Shown here: positions 19,889 to 29,900 of the stretch, one piece after another
Layout of the letters: each line of letters starts with the position of its first letter
Numbering within the stretch: position 1 is the stretch's first letter
Assembly: GCA_041687695.1 (NCBI GenBank)
Contig: JAWLBL010000007.1
Span: forward strand, 32,001-96,000
DNA from: Myxococcota bacterium
GTDB taxonomy: Bacteria > Myxococcota_A > UBA9042 > PHBI01 > JAWLBL01
Direction: 5' to 3'
DNA: 64,000 nt
Notes under the pieces: generated by a model
Told to the model about the DNA's origin: nothing
What the model saw: only the letters and a program-made list of their open reading frames with translations
The model's database searches: none
Program-made: the position numbers and the translations under genes

Positions 19889-20155
19889 ATGCAAGAGGCC
19901 AACGACTCGCTCCGCCCGATCAGCACCCCCGGCCGCCGCCCCGCGGCCCCGCCGCCCCCGAAGGCGCCCGAGTGGCTGCGCGTGCGCGCCCGAGCGGAGG
20001 CCTCGGCCGTCAAGGCGCGGCCGCTGCCGCCGCCGATGCCCCACGGAAAGCGCGGCCAGCTCAAGCGCTCGGGCGACAGCGCCATCCTGCTCGGCACCCT
20101 GGACGTGGTGGACCAGATCCCGCTCGAACCGACCGCGCCGTCCGAGCTGCGCTGA
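19889..20155 (+). CDS. Small Pro-rich hypothetical protein (88 aa)
   Basis: GAGGAG RBS, coding-like codon bias, upstream sigma54 motif. Confidence 0.6.
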   Translation: MQEANDSLRPISTPGRRPAAPPPPKAPEWLRVRARAEASAVKARPLPPPMPHGKRGQLKRSGDSAILLGTLDVVDQIPLEPTAPSELR

Positions 20156-20156
20156 G

Positions 20157-20310
20157 CCGGCCTCGGCCCCGGCCACGGCCCCGGCCACGGGTCGCGGCCA
20201 CGGTCCACGGCCCCGGCCTCAGCCCACGGCCACGGTCCCGGCCCCGGCCACGGTCCCGGCCCCGGCCCCGGCCCGGCCCCGGCCCCGGCCCCGGCCACGG
20301 TCCCGGGCCT
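20157..20310. repeat. Hexamer microsatellite-like array (CCCCGG/CCACGG/TCCCGG)
   Basis: Directly visible intergenic low-complexity tandem hexamers. Confidence 0.85.
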
Positions 20311-20406
20311 CGGCTCCAGCCCCCCTCCCGGCCGGCGGCCGCGGCCGGGAAGGGATCGCCGGCGGGCGTGTTGTGACCCTCTCGAAGCCAACCACGAGAG
20401 GACCCG

Positions 20407-20670
20407 ATGCGTCTGCCGAGCTGCCAGGATCTGTCCCGTCGCGTGCCCCGCTGGGCTCGCTTGCCGCTAGGTCTCGCCCTCATCGCGGGCGGTGCCCTGG
20501 GCTTCCTCCCCGTGCTCGGGTTCTGGATGGTGCCGCTGGGCGTCGTGGTGATGGCGCCCGACTCGCCCTTCGTGGCGCAGCGCTGGGAGCGCTTCCGCGG
20601 CTGGGTCCACGGCCGGCTCGACCGCCGGGCCGAGGCGCGCGCCCGCAAGCCGGCGGCCCAGGCAGGCTGA
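20407..20670 (+). CDS. Small membrane protein
   Basis: GAGAGG RBS; hydrophobic GFLPVLGFWMVPLG hairpin. Confidence 0.7.
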   Translation: MRLPSCQDLSRRVPRWARLPLGLALIAGGALGFLPVLGFWMVPLGVVVMAPDSPFVAQRWERFRGWVHGRLDRRAEARARKPAAQAG

Positions 20671-20779
20671 GCCCGCGACGTTCAGCCCTTCCGCCGGCCT
20701 CTTGCCACGGGTACGGTGCCGCTCGCGCCCTCCAGGCGATCGCGCTGGGGGGCTCCGAGCCAAGGGACGGGAGGCCAAC

Positions 20780-21136
20780 GTGAAGGCCACGAGCGAGTTC
20801 GTCACCTGGATCGTCGACCAGCTCGAGCCCCTCGGGGCCGTGCGCGCCCGCGCCATGTTCGGCGGATACGGCGTGTACCGCGCGGACCTGATGTTCGCGC
20901 TGGTGGCCGGCGACGTGCTGTACTTGAAGGCCGACGAGGCCTCCAGCGGCGCCTTCGAGGCGCGCGGGACCGGGCCGTTCGTCTACTCGGGCAAGAAGGA
21001 CGGCCGGCCCGTGCGGATGTCCTACTGGGAGGTCCCGAGCGACGTGCTCGAGGACGCCGAGGCGCTGGTGGCCTGGGCCCGGGTGGCCATCGGGGTCGCC
21101 GAGCGGTCGCGCAAGCCGGCGCGCAACAAGGCCTGA
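20780..21136 (+). CDS. TfoX/Sxy N-terminal domain protein
   Basis: RAMFGGYGVY, MFALV, LYLKAD and MSYWEVP; GGAGG RBS with GTG start. Confidence 0.9.
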   Translation: MKATSEFVTWIVDQLEPLGAVRARAMFGGYGVYRADLMFALVAGDVLYLKADEASSGAFEARGTGPFVYSGKKDGRPVRMSYWEVPSDVLEDAEALVAWARVAIGVAERSRKPARNKA

Positions 21137-21158
21137 GGCCGGCGCCGCCCGGGCCGGC

Positions 21159-21905
21159 TCAGCACCAGCGGCGGGTCGCGTCGATGGCGTGGGCGAGGGC
21201 GGCGCGCAGCTCGGCGAAGCTGCGGGCCTGGGCGTGGGCCCGGGTGGGTCGCTCGGCCGCGCCGGGGACGAAGCCGTCGAAGCGGATGGCGAAGGCGCCG
21301 ATGCCGAGGGCGCCGGCGACGTCGGCCGACTCGGAGTCGCCGACGTGGACCATGCGGTCGGCGGCGACGCCCAGCGAGCGGGCCGCGTCGTTGAAGATGC
21401 GGGCGTCGGGCTTGGCGTAGCCGAGGACGCCCGAGTCGAGGATGGCGCCGAAATAGCGGGCCAGGTCGACCTCCTCGAGCAGCTCGCGGACGCGGCCCTC
21501 GCTGTTGGAGGTGATGACCATGGGCACCCCGGCCGCGGCGAGGTCGTCGAGCAGGGCGCGCGCCTCGGGGGGCACCCAGCGCCAGAGGTTGCGGTCCGGC
21601 TGCGCCCGCCACAGCGCCTCGACCACGTCGGCGTCCCGCGTCCGGTCCTCGGGGGCGCCGAACGCCGCCGCGACCAGGACCCCCATCAGGGCGCGCCAGC
21701 CCGCCTCGTGCCCGTGGCCGAGGGCGACGACGCGGTCGTGCTCGCGATAGGCGGCCGGCATGGCCGCGCGGACGGCGGCGACGTCGGGGGCGCGATCGCC
21801 GGCAGCGTGGGGGCGCAGCCGCGCGGCGAGCTCGTCGAGGTCGAGGCCGCCCAGGACGTGGCCGTAGTCGAAGGAGATGGCGTGGACGGCACCGCGAGGG
21901 ATCAA
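21159..21905 (-). CDS. HAD-superfamily hydrolase
   Basis: FDYGHVL, ITSN, KPDARIF and HVGDS..ADV.GA. Confidence 0.9.
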   Translation of the reverse strand: MIPRGAVHAISFDYGHVLGGLDLDELAARLRPHAAGDRAPDVAAVRAAMPAAYREHDRVVALGHGHEAGWRALMGVLVAAAFGAPEDRTRDADVVEALWRAQPDRNLWRWVPPEARALLDDLAAAGVPMVITSNSEGRVRELLEEVDLARYFGAILDSGVLGYAKPDARIFNDAARSLGVAADRMVHVGDSESADVAGALGIGAFAIRFDGFVPGAAERPTRAHAQARSFAELRAALAHAIDATRRWC

Positions 21906-22004
21906 GGCAGCTCCAGGGCGGCGAGGCCGAGCGTGAGGCGCGACGGCCGGTAGGTCATAGCCGAGGTCAGCGGGGGCGCCAAGCCTTCAGGACGGCGACG
22001 ATCG

Positions 22005-22300
22005 GGCCGGCGAGCGCCGTCAGGGGCTCCGTTCATCGAAGAATCTCGGTGGCGGGCGCCGTCGGGGGCTCTCTTCGTCGAAGAATCGTCGCGACGAGCG
22101 TCGTCAGGGACTTTCTTCGTCGAAGAATCGTGGCGACGAGCGTCGTCAGGGACTTTCTTCATCGAAGAATCGTCGCGACGAGCGTCGTCAGGGACTTTCT
22201 TCGTCGAAGAATCGTGGCGACGAGCATCGTCAGGGACTTTCTCATCGAACAGTCGTGGCGACGAGCGTCGTCAGGGGCTCTCTTCGTCGAAGCGTCGAGG
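22005..22300. repeat. 42-bp tandem repeat array (about 7 copies, degenerate ends)
   Basis: Unit TCGAAGAATCGT(G/C)GCGACGAGCGTCGTCAGGGACTTTCTTCG starts at about 22036, 22078, 22120, 22162, 22204, 22245 and 22287. Confidence 0.92.
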
Positions 22301-22353
22301 CGGCGGGACTCGTCGCGGGCGCTCGCGAGGGTGATCGCGTTGTAGTTCGGGCC

Positions 22354-22480
22354 ACCGGACTGCACGAGCTCGCTCGTGCTCCGGCATGGCGCAGCTCGCT
22401 GCGCCCGGGAGGCTACAGTCCCATGTCTCCCCGCGCAGCTAGCTGCGCGGGCCCTCGAGCCCGAGCAAGCTCGGGCTGGC
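22354..22480. repeat. REP-like multi-hairpin cluster, copy A
   Basis: ACCGGACTGCACGAGCTCGCTCGTGCTCCGGC (identical to 38919-38950), followed by hairpins GGCGCAGCTCGCTGCGCC, CCGCGCAGCTAGCTGCGCGG and AGCCCGAGCAAGCTCGGGCT. Confidence 0.75.
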
Positions 22481-22664
22481 CGACACGCCCGTAGCTGGAA
22501 CTCGATAGCCCTGGGCGCGCCCGGACGCTGGCTTGTCGGCGGGCGGCCGCTGGGTCAAGCTGCGCTCGCCTCGGCGCAGGCCGTGGCGACCTGGGGACCC
22601 TCCGATTGGGCAGGACTTGACGACACGACCCGGCGACCGGTGGAGGCCGTGGAGGGCCCCGGCG

Positions 22665-24089
22665 ATGGCCGCGCTCGTAGCGCTCGCGTTCTTCGCGGTG
22701 GGCCTCGGGGGCGGCAGCCACTTCGACTCGGACGACGCGCTGTACACGCAGATGGCGCGCGAGATGGTGGGCAGCGGCGATCTCGTCGACAACCGCTGGA
22801 GCGGCGCGGTCCTGTTCGAGAAGCCGCCCCTGCTCCTCTGGTCGCTCGCCGCCTCGGGGGCGGCCTTCGGCTGGGGCGAGGCGGCCATGCGGCTCCCGCT
22901 GGCGCTGTTCGCGGCGATGGCGCTGGCCGGCCTGGTCGTCCTCGCGCGGGGGCTCGGGTGCTCGGACCGCCGGGCGCTGCTGGCCGCGGGCCTGCTCGGC
23001 GGGTCGTTCCTGTTCGTGCTGATGGCGCGGCGGCCCATGACCGACCTTCCGCTGCTGGCCACCAGCCTGTGCGCGGCCGCGGCCGCCGTGAACCGGCGCT
23101 GGGCGCTGGCCGGCGCGCTGGCCGGGCTGGCGCTGCTCGCCAAGGGGCCGGCCGCGGCGCCGCTGCTCGCCGCCCCGCTGGCCTGGGTGGCGCTGCGGCG
23201 CGCGGTGTCCTGGCGTGCGCTGGGGCTGGCCGCCGTCGCCGGGCTCGCCGTCGCGGGGCCCTGGTACCTGGCGGTCACGGTGCGCCACGGGGCCGAGCCC
23301 TGGCAGACCTGGTTCGGCTATCACGTCGCCTCGCGCGCCAGCGGCGCCCTCGTGCCGGGGCTCGACTGGGCCGAGGCCCTGGCGCTGCTCACCGAGGAGC
23401 GCCTGCTGCTCGCGGGCGCCCTCGCCGGCCTCGGCCTGCACGCCTGGCGCCGCACCGAGCCGACCCTGGTCGGGTTCGCCCTGCTGTGGGCCCTGTGCGC
23501 CCTGGCGCCGGTGCTCGCCAGCGAGACGCGCCTCGCGCACTACCTGCTGCCCGTCACGCCGGCGCTGGCGCTGCTGGCCGTCGCCGCCGTGCCGGAGCGG
23601 CTGATGACGCACCGGCTGGCGCCCGCGCTGGCGACGCTGGCGGTCGTGACCGCCCTGCTGGCCCACCCGGCCAAGCTGTCCTTCTGGTTGGGGCCCGACT
23701 TCGGCCCCGCGCCGGCCACCCTGGGCCGAGCGATCGCACGCGCGGCCGGTCCCGGCGACCGGGTCGTCGCCTTCAACACCACGACGGCGTCGCTGACCTT
23801 CTATGGTGGCGTCCCGGTCTGGCTGCAAGGGGACGACGCGCGCTTCATGGCCATCCAGCGCGGCATCGACATGAACCGCCGCGCCGGCCTGCTGCGCGGC
23901 CCCGAGGACGGGCCGCTGCCGGCGCTGTCCGAGGGCCAGCGCCGGTTCGTGGTCGCCCGCGTGCAGCCCGATCTGCCCCGGGTCCTGGGCGCGCTGCGGG
24001 GCGAGGCGCCGACGCGACCGCTGTGGGTGCTGCGCGCCGGCGAGCTGGCGCTGGCGAACGACGCGGGGCTGGGCGAGCCGGTCCCGTGA
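22665..24089 (+). CDS. GT-C fold glycosyltransferase (ArnT/PMT-like)
   Basis: DDALY..MAREM, EKPPLL.W, RLP and LAKGP; multiple TM segments. Confidence 0.88.
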   Translation: MAALVALAFFAVGLGGGSHFDSDDALYTQMAREMVGSGDLVDNRWSGAVLFEKPPLLLWSLAASGAAFGWGEAAMRLPLALFAAMALAGLVVLARGLGCSDRRALLAAGLLGGSFLFVLMARRPMTDLPLLATSLCAAAAAVNRRWALAGALAGLALLAKGPAAAPLLAAPLAWVALRRAVSWRALGLAAVAGLAVAGPWYLAVTVRHGAEPWQTWFGYHVASRASGALVPGLDWAEALALLTEERLLLAGALAGLGLHAWRRTEPTLVGFALLWALCALAPVLASETRLAHYLLPVTPALALLAVAAVPERLMTHRLAPALATLAVVTALLAHPAKLSFWLGPDFGPAPATLGRAIARAAGPGDRVVAFNTTTASLTFYGGVPVWLQGDDARFMAIQRGIDMNRRAGLLRGPEDGPLPALSEGQRRFVVARVQPDLPRVLGALRGEAPTRPLWVLRAGELALANDAGLGEPVP

Positions 24090-24151
24090 AGGACCGGGGC
24101 GGGGACAGCGGGCCGCGGGGTCGTTAGCCTGCACGGGCACGTGGAGGGCCC

Positions 24152-25816
24152 GTGAACATCCCCGACCTGTGGTACCGCAACGCCATCGTCTACTGCCTTG
24201 ACGTCAGCACCTTCATGGACGGCGACGGCGACGGCGTCGGCGACTTCGAGGGCCTGATGGGGCGGCTCGACTACCTGGCGAACCTGGGGGTCACCTGCCT
24301 GTGGCTGCTGCCGTTCTACCGCACCCCGAACCGCGACAACGGCTACGACGTCACGGACCACTACGCCGTCGATGCGCGCCACGGCAGCCTGGGCGACTTC
24401 GTCGAGTTCGCGCACCAGGCGCGCGTCCATGGCTTCCGGCTGCTGGTGGATCTGGTCGTCAACCACACGTCCGACGAGCACCCGTGGTTCCAGGCGGCGC
24501 GGCGGGATCCGCGCTCTCGCTATCGCGATTGGTACGTGCTGACCGACGAGGAGCCGAAGGACCGGCGTCAGGGCATGGTCTTCCCCGGCGTGCAGGACGA
24601 GACGTGGACCTGGGACGAAGAGGGCGGCTTCTGGTACTTCCACCGCTTCTACGCGTTCCAGCCGGATCTCGACATCGAGCACCCCGCGGTCCGCGAGGAG
24701 ATCCGACGCATCATGGGCTGCTGGCTCGAGCTGGGGGTGTCGGGCTTCCGCGTCGACGCCGTGCCCTTCCTCATCGAGCGCGTCCGCCCCGACGCGCCGC
24801 CGGGCCCGCCGGACGTCGAGCTGCTCCACCAGATGCGCGAGTTCCTGCAGTGGCGCGTCGGCGACGCCATCCTGCTCGCCGAGGCGAACGTCGCGCCCGA
24901 GCGCATCGCCGACTTCATGGGCGAGCGCGGCGACCGCCTGCACCTGATGTTCAACTTCCTGGTCAACCAGTACCTGTTCCACGCGCTGGCGACCGGCGAG
25001 GTGGCCAAGCTCGCCAAGGCCCTCGAGGACACCCGACCGCCGCCGGGTCCTGCGCAGTGGGCCCACTTCCTGCGCAACCACGACGAGCTGGATCTGGCGC
25101 GGCTGACCGACGAGGAGCGGCAGCAGGTGTTCGAGGCGTTCGGCCCCGAGCCCGAGATGCAGCTGTACGGCCGGGGCCTCCGCAGGCGCCTCGCCCCGAT
25201 GCTGGGCGGGGATCGCCGGCGGCTCGAGATGGCCTACAGCCTGCTGTTCGCGCTGCCCGGGACGCCGGTCCTCAACTACGGCGACGAGATCGGGATGGGC
25301 GAGGACCCGTCCCTGCCGGAGCGCCAGGCGACGCGCACGCCGATGCAGTGGTCGAGCGCACGCCACGGCGGCTTCACGGTCTCGGACGAGCCCGTGCTGC
25401 CCGTCGTCTCGGGGGGCGACTACGGCTTCGAGCGCGTCAACATGGTGCAGCAGGCGCGCGACCCCGGCTCGCTGCTCAGCTGGATGGAGCGCATGATCCG
25501 CGTCCGAAAGGACTGCCCCGAGGTGGGCTGGGGCGACTTCACCGTCCTCGACGCCGGCAGCCCGCACGTCCTGGGGCTCGAGTACGCATGGAAGGGCAGC
25601 TTCGTGGTCGCGCTGCACAACTTCGTCGACCGCCCCCAGCCGATTGTCCTGGAGCCGGCCTGCGGCCCGGGCGCCGTCCTCATCGATCTCACCGGCTGCG
25701 AGGACGCCGAGGCCGACGACGACGGACGCCACCGCGTCACGCTGGGGCCCTACGGCTATCGGTGGTTCCGCGCCGGGGGGCTGGACGGCGGGCTGCTGCG
25801 CATCCGCGCGCGCTGA
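24152..25816 (+). CDS. GH13 alpha-amylase family, trehalose synthase (TreS)-like
   Basis: DLVVNHTSDEHPWF, GFRVDAVP, LAEAN, FLRNHDEL and YGDEIGMG. Confidence 0.9.
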   Translation: MNIPDLWYRNAIVYCLDVSTFMDGDGDGVGDFEGLMGRLDYLANLGVTCLWLLPFYRTPNRDNGYDVTDHYAVDARHGSLGDFVEFAHQARVHGFRLLVDLVVNHTSDEHPWFQAARRDPRSRYRDWYVLTDEEPKDRRQGMVFPGVQDETWTWDEEGGFWYFHRFYAFQPDLDIEHPAVREEIRRIMGCWLELGVSGFRVDAVPFLIERVRPDAPPGPPDVELLHQMREFLQWRVGDAILLAEANVAPERIADFMGERGDRLHLMFNFLVNQYLFHALATGEVAKLAKALEDTRPPPGPAQWAHFLRNHDELDLARLTDEERQQVFEAFGPEPEMQLYGRGLRRRLAPMLGGDRRRLEMAYSLLFALPGTPVLNYGDEIGMGEDPSLPERQATRTPMQWSSARHGGFTVSDEPVLPVVSGGDYGFERVNMVQQARDPGSLLSWMERMIRVRKDCPEVGWGDFTVLDAGSPHVLGLEYAWKGSFVVALHNFVDRPQPIVLEPACGPGAVLIDLTGCEDAEADDDGRHRVTLGPYGYRWFRAGGLDGGLLRIRAR

Positions 25817-25842
25817 CCTCCGCGCCGCCCCTGGCGAGCGGT

Positions 25843-25897
25843 CGATCAGCGGGCGATCAGCGGGCGATCAGCGGGCGATCAGCGGGCGATCAGCGCG
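25843..25897. repeat. 11-bp tandem repeat (CGATCAGCGGG x5)
   Basis: Copies at 25843, 25854, 25865, 25876 and 25887; the last, imperfect copy contains the stop codon of the minus-strand hydrolase. Confidence 0.9.
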
Positions 25898-26639
25898 CGA
25901 GGAAGCGGCGCACCGCCGCGACGGTCGCGTTGGCATCCTGCAGCAAGAGCGCGTGGCCGACGCCGGGGACGACGTCGAGCGTGGCGTCCGGGAGCAGGCC
26001 GGCCATCTCGAGGGCCTTGCGGGGCGGCGTCGCCTGGTCCAGCTCGCCGACCCGGAGGTAGACCGGGACGTCGAGCTCGGGCAGCTGCGGCCGCACGTCG
26101 GGCAGGTCGGCCGCGGCCTCGAGCTCGGAGGCGAGGACGTCGGCCGGCACGCACCGGGTCCAGGCCGCGACGGCCTGCGCGTGCTCGGGGTGCGCGGCGG
26201 CCCAGCCGGGCGGCAGCATGCGCTCGACCATCAGCTCACCGAGCTCGACGTCGGCGGCGATGGCCTGGGCGAAGCCGCGGAACGCCTCGGGCTCGCCGGC
26301 GTCGAGGTGCGCGATGGGGGCGAGGCCGACGAAGGCGCGGAGCTTCAAGCGGCCGCGGGTCGCGGCGACCAGCCCTCGGTAGCAGCCGCCCGAGTAGCCG
26401 ACGAAGGCGACGTCGTCGAGGCCGCGCTCGGCCAGCGCGGCGGCCAGCATCCGGTCGACCGCCTCGAAGTCGTAGGGCAGGGCCGGCCTGGGCGCGCGAC
26501 CGTAGCCGGGCAGGTGGACGAGCAGCACGCGGTGGTCGGTGGCCAGCGCGCGCGCGAGCGGCTCCAGCTCCTCGGGCGGGCTGGGCAGGCCGTGGACCAG
26601 GACCACCGCCGGCCCGCTCCCAGAGTCTTCGATGTACAT
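25890..26639 (-). CDS. Alpha/beta fold hydrolase
   Basis: VVLVHG, LPGYG, nucleophile GYSGG, GELD and GVGH. Confidence 0.9.
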   Translation of the reverse strand: MYIEDSGSGPAVVLVHGLPSPPEELEPLARALATDHRVLLVHLPGYGRAPRPALPYDFEAVDRMLAAALAERGLDDVAFVGYSGGCYRGLVAATRGRLKLRAFVGLAPIAHLDAGEPEAFRGFAQAIAADVELGELMVERMLPPGWAAAHPEHAQAVAAWTRCVPADVLASELEAAADLPDVRPQLPELDVPVYLRVGELDQATPPRKALEMAGLLPDATLDVVPGVGHALLLQDANATVAAVRRFLAR

Positions 26640-26912
26640 GGTTCCCTCGGGTCCAGCTGAGCTTCGAGGGGGCCACGCTAGTCGCAGGGAAGGTGCGCGG
26701 TCCAGCGGCCTTGGAGTTCGTGGCAAGGCGACCACGGTCCTCGGGAGCGGCGGCTTTGGCGTGCTCCATTTCGGAACACTACGCGGCCACCTCCGCGTGG
26801 GCCGTGTCTCGCGACGAGTCAGAATGGGCGCGGCGGGTCCTGGCCCGCGATCGCGCGCCGCGGAGCCTCACCCCGGGCTGGGGCGAGGTCCGCGGCACGC
26901 GAGGCGAGCGGG

Positions 26913-29900
26913 TCAGGGGAGATCGGCGTCGTCGCGCGTCGGCGGCGTCTCGGGGCGGTCGGGGCAGTCGTCGAAGGCGTGGCACAGCGAGGTGTCGAGC
27001 ACCTTGCCGCCCGTGGCGCCGTACTTGCCGAGCATGTTGAACATGAACATGCCGATGTCGAAGACGCGCTCGTCCTTGCACTGGCCGCACGGGATCGGCG
27101 CGTCCGGGCCCTTGCAGGCGTCCTGGCACCGCGCGATGGCGCGGTCGACGAACGAGCCCGGCGGGTCGAAGCCGTGCTGTCCGTCGGGCCGCGGGAAGGG
27201 CCAGATCGAGCCGGAGATGCCGCAGTGGGCCTCGCCGCGTTCACACAGCTTGTCCTCGCCGTAAAGGCGCAGCGGCGGGTCGAGGCGGGGGATTCCGACG
27301 GGGGTCCAGTAGTCGTCGCCCTCGGAGAAGTCCTCGAGGTCGATGTGGACCGGCGTGCCGTTGGCGTCGGTGTAGCGGCCGAGGACGTGGACGGCCTCGG
27401 CGGCGTAGGTGTCGATGAGCACCTGGTTGGCCGGCTTGCCGTAGCGCGGGTCGTCCTCGAGGAAGCCGACGAGGCCGGCGGTGCGCGAGTGGGTCAGGCC
27501 CGACGACGCCGGGACGTTCATGTCGCCCATCGTCGTGACCACCAGCGTGTGGGCGCCGGTGGTCGTGCCGGTCGCCTCGTAGGTCAGCGGCTCGTCGAGC
27601 AGGTGCGGCGCGACGACGCCGGGGTCGGCCGGGTCGACGACGAACTGGGCCAGGCTGAGCAGCCGGCGGAACTCGGGCGTCGCGCGGTGCAGCGCCATGC
27701 CCTCGGCCAGCGAGACCAGCGGCTCGCCGACGCCGTAGGAGCGGCCCTGGAACTGCACCAGATGGCCGAACCGCTCGACGAGCGCGAAGGGCATGGCGTC
27801 CTGTTGCAGCTCGCAGTCCGGCTTGCCGGCGAGGACCGGGCCCCGGAAGACGCTCAGGCGCGTCGCGTCGCCCAGATCGCTGGCCACGGCCACGCGGACG
27901 TTCCCGTTGCGGTCGACGAAGCCGCAGCCGCGCTCGCCGTTGATGAGGTTCTCGGCGAGCACCGTGTCGCCCTTGCGGACGTCGGCCACGGTCGCGATGG
28001 TGCGGGTCGCGGTCTTGTTGAGGTCGGGGATGACGGTGCGCAGCGTCAGTGTGCCGTCCTCGGCGAGCGTCCCCGTGTAGATCGGGGCCATCAGGCGCAG
28101 CTGGACGGCCTCGCGGACGCCGCCCTGCAGCGAGCGGTTGCCGACGTCGATGAGGCCGCCGCCGCCCGAGATGGGGACGATGGCGGACACCTCGGGCTCG
28201 AGGGCGCCGACCATCTGGCTCATGATGCCGCCGAGGGACCCGCCGCTCATGGCGATGATGGACTCGGCGCCGATGTCGACCTTGCCGTCGCCGTCGAAGT
28301 CGCCCGCGAGGTCCGGCTCGCCGTCGCCGTTGACGTCGAAGGCCCAGCGGCGCTTGCCGTCGAAGGTCCGCAGGATGCGGACGAGCTGCATGTAGTCGAC
28401 CGTGCACTGGCGGACGACGTCGCGGGTGTGGAACAGGTAGCTGGTCCAGAAGTCCGCGCCGGAGTCCTTGCCGCCGTTGCGGTTGAGGTCGACCGCGCGG
28501 TCCTTGAGCACGGCGTCGAGGAAGGTGCCCAGGCCGAGTGAGCCGAGCAGGCTGCGGGCCAGCTCCGCCTCCTCGGCGTCGAGGCCGATGCCGTGCGAGG
28601 GGCAGTCGATGGCCACGGTGGCGAGGCCGTGCTTGGCCATGAAGCCGGCCTGCGACAGCGCCTCGATGCGGTTGGACGTGTAGCCGTGGCCCATGATCAT
28701 GACCGGCGCATGCTGGCCCTGGCCGCGGGGGGAGGCCTCCTTGCGCGGGATGTAGAAGGTCACGTAGACGTCCTCGCCGAAGACCGGCGCGGCGACCCGG
28801 TCGAGGTCCGGCGGCCAGGACTGGTCGTTCTCGGGCAGGCGCTGGCCGCCGTCGTCGAAGCGCGGGAACAGCTGCGGCGACGAGAACCGGGCGATGGCCT
28901 GGTAGTCGATGAACCGCATCGCGTCCTCCATCGTGCGATAGGTGAAGGACGACGGGTCCATCCCGAGCAGCTCGCCGCCGAGGGCGGCCATGATGGGCAG
29001 CAGCTGCTCGGTCGGCAGCACGTAGGGGTTCTTCACGCCCGCGAAGGTGTCGCTGTCGGGATCGCGCAGGATCTCGAGGCCGGCGAACTCGGCCGGGTGC
29101 TGCTCGCCCATGGCGGCCTGGACGCCGTGGCCGTACAGGCCGTCGCGGACCGCCTTCCAGTGGGCCTCGATCGACTGGGTCGTGAAGCTGAAGGCGAAGG
29201 CGACGTCGGAGAGCTTCAGCCCCTCGGGGAGCACCTCGGGCAGCGCGTCGAGGGCGTGGGTCTGCGACTCGTGGTTGATGGCGGGGAAGGGCGAGCCGAC
29301 GGGCTCGCCGGCCTCGTCCTTGAGCCGGCGCGTGACGACGACCGCGTAGGTCGTGCGCTCGCGCAGCGGCATCATGGGGCGGAGGATGAGGGTGTTGGTC
29401 TGGCGCTCGTAGAAGTACATGAGCGCGTCGGCGCGGCCGGCGAGGTCGTCGCGGGCCGGGGAGGCGCCGGGGAGGTAGTTGGGGACGTCGAGCACGCCGT
29501 CGGCGTCGGTGTCCTCGGGCCACTCGTCGTCGTCGATGACCCCGTCGCCGTTGGCGTCGCCGCCGAGGTCGAGGACGCCGTTGCCGTTGAGATCCTCGTC
29601 GGCCTCCTCGAACATGAGCGACAACGTCCAGTCACGCGGGTCGTTGTGCCAGTAGTCGAGCTTCTCGAGGACCACCGGGTAGTTGCCGTTGCCCACGTCC
29701 AGGTGGTGGACGCGGCCCAGCTCGGGGGAGTCCCGGTCGACGTTGATGAGGTAGACGACGTCGTTGGACAGGTCGTAGTCGGCGTCCCGGTGGCCGTCGA
29801 CGATCGACTGGATGTCGAGCGGCCCCGTGAACGGGATGGTGATGGGCTGCATGACGCCCCAGCCGTCGAGCTGGTCGACCAGGTGGCGCAGGTGCCGCTC

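Noticed and set aside
22005..22300. Possible CRISPR array or repeat-protein ORFs (21902-22162, 22159-22365)
   Set aside because: The repeats are contiguous with no spacers, and a 1-nt deletion breaks the frame.
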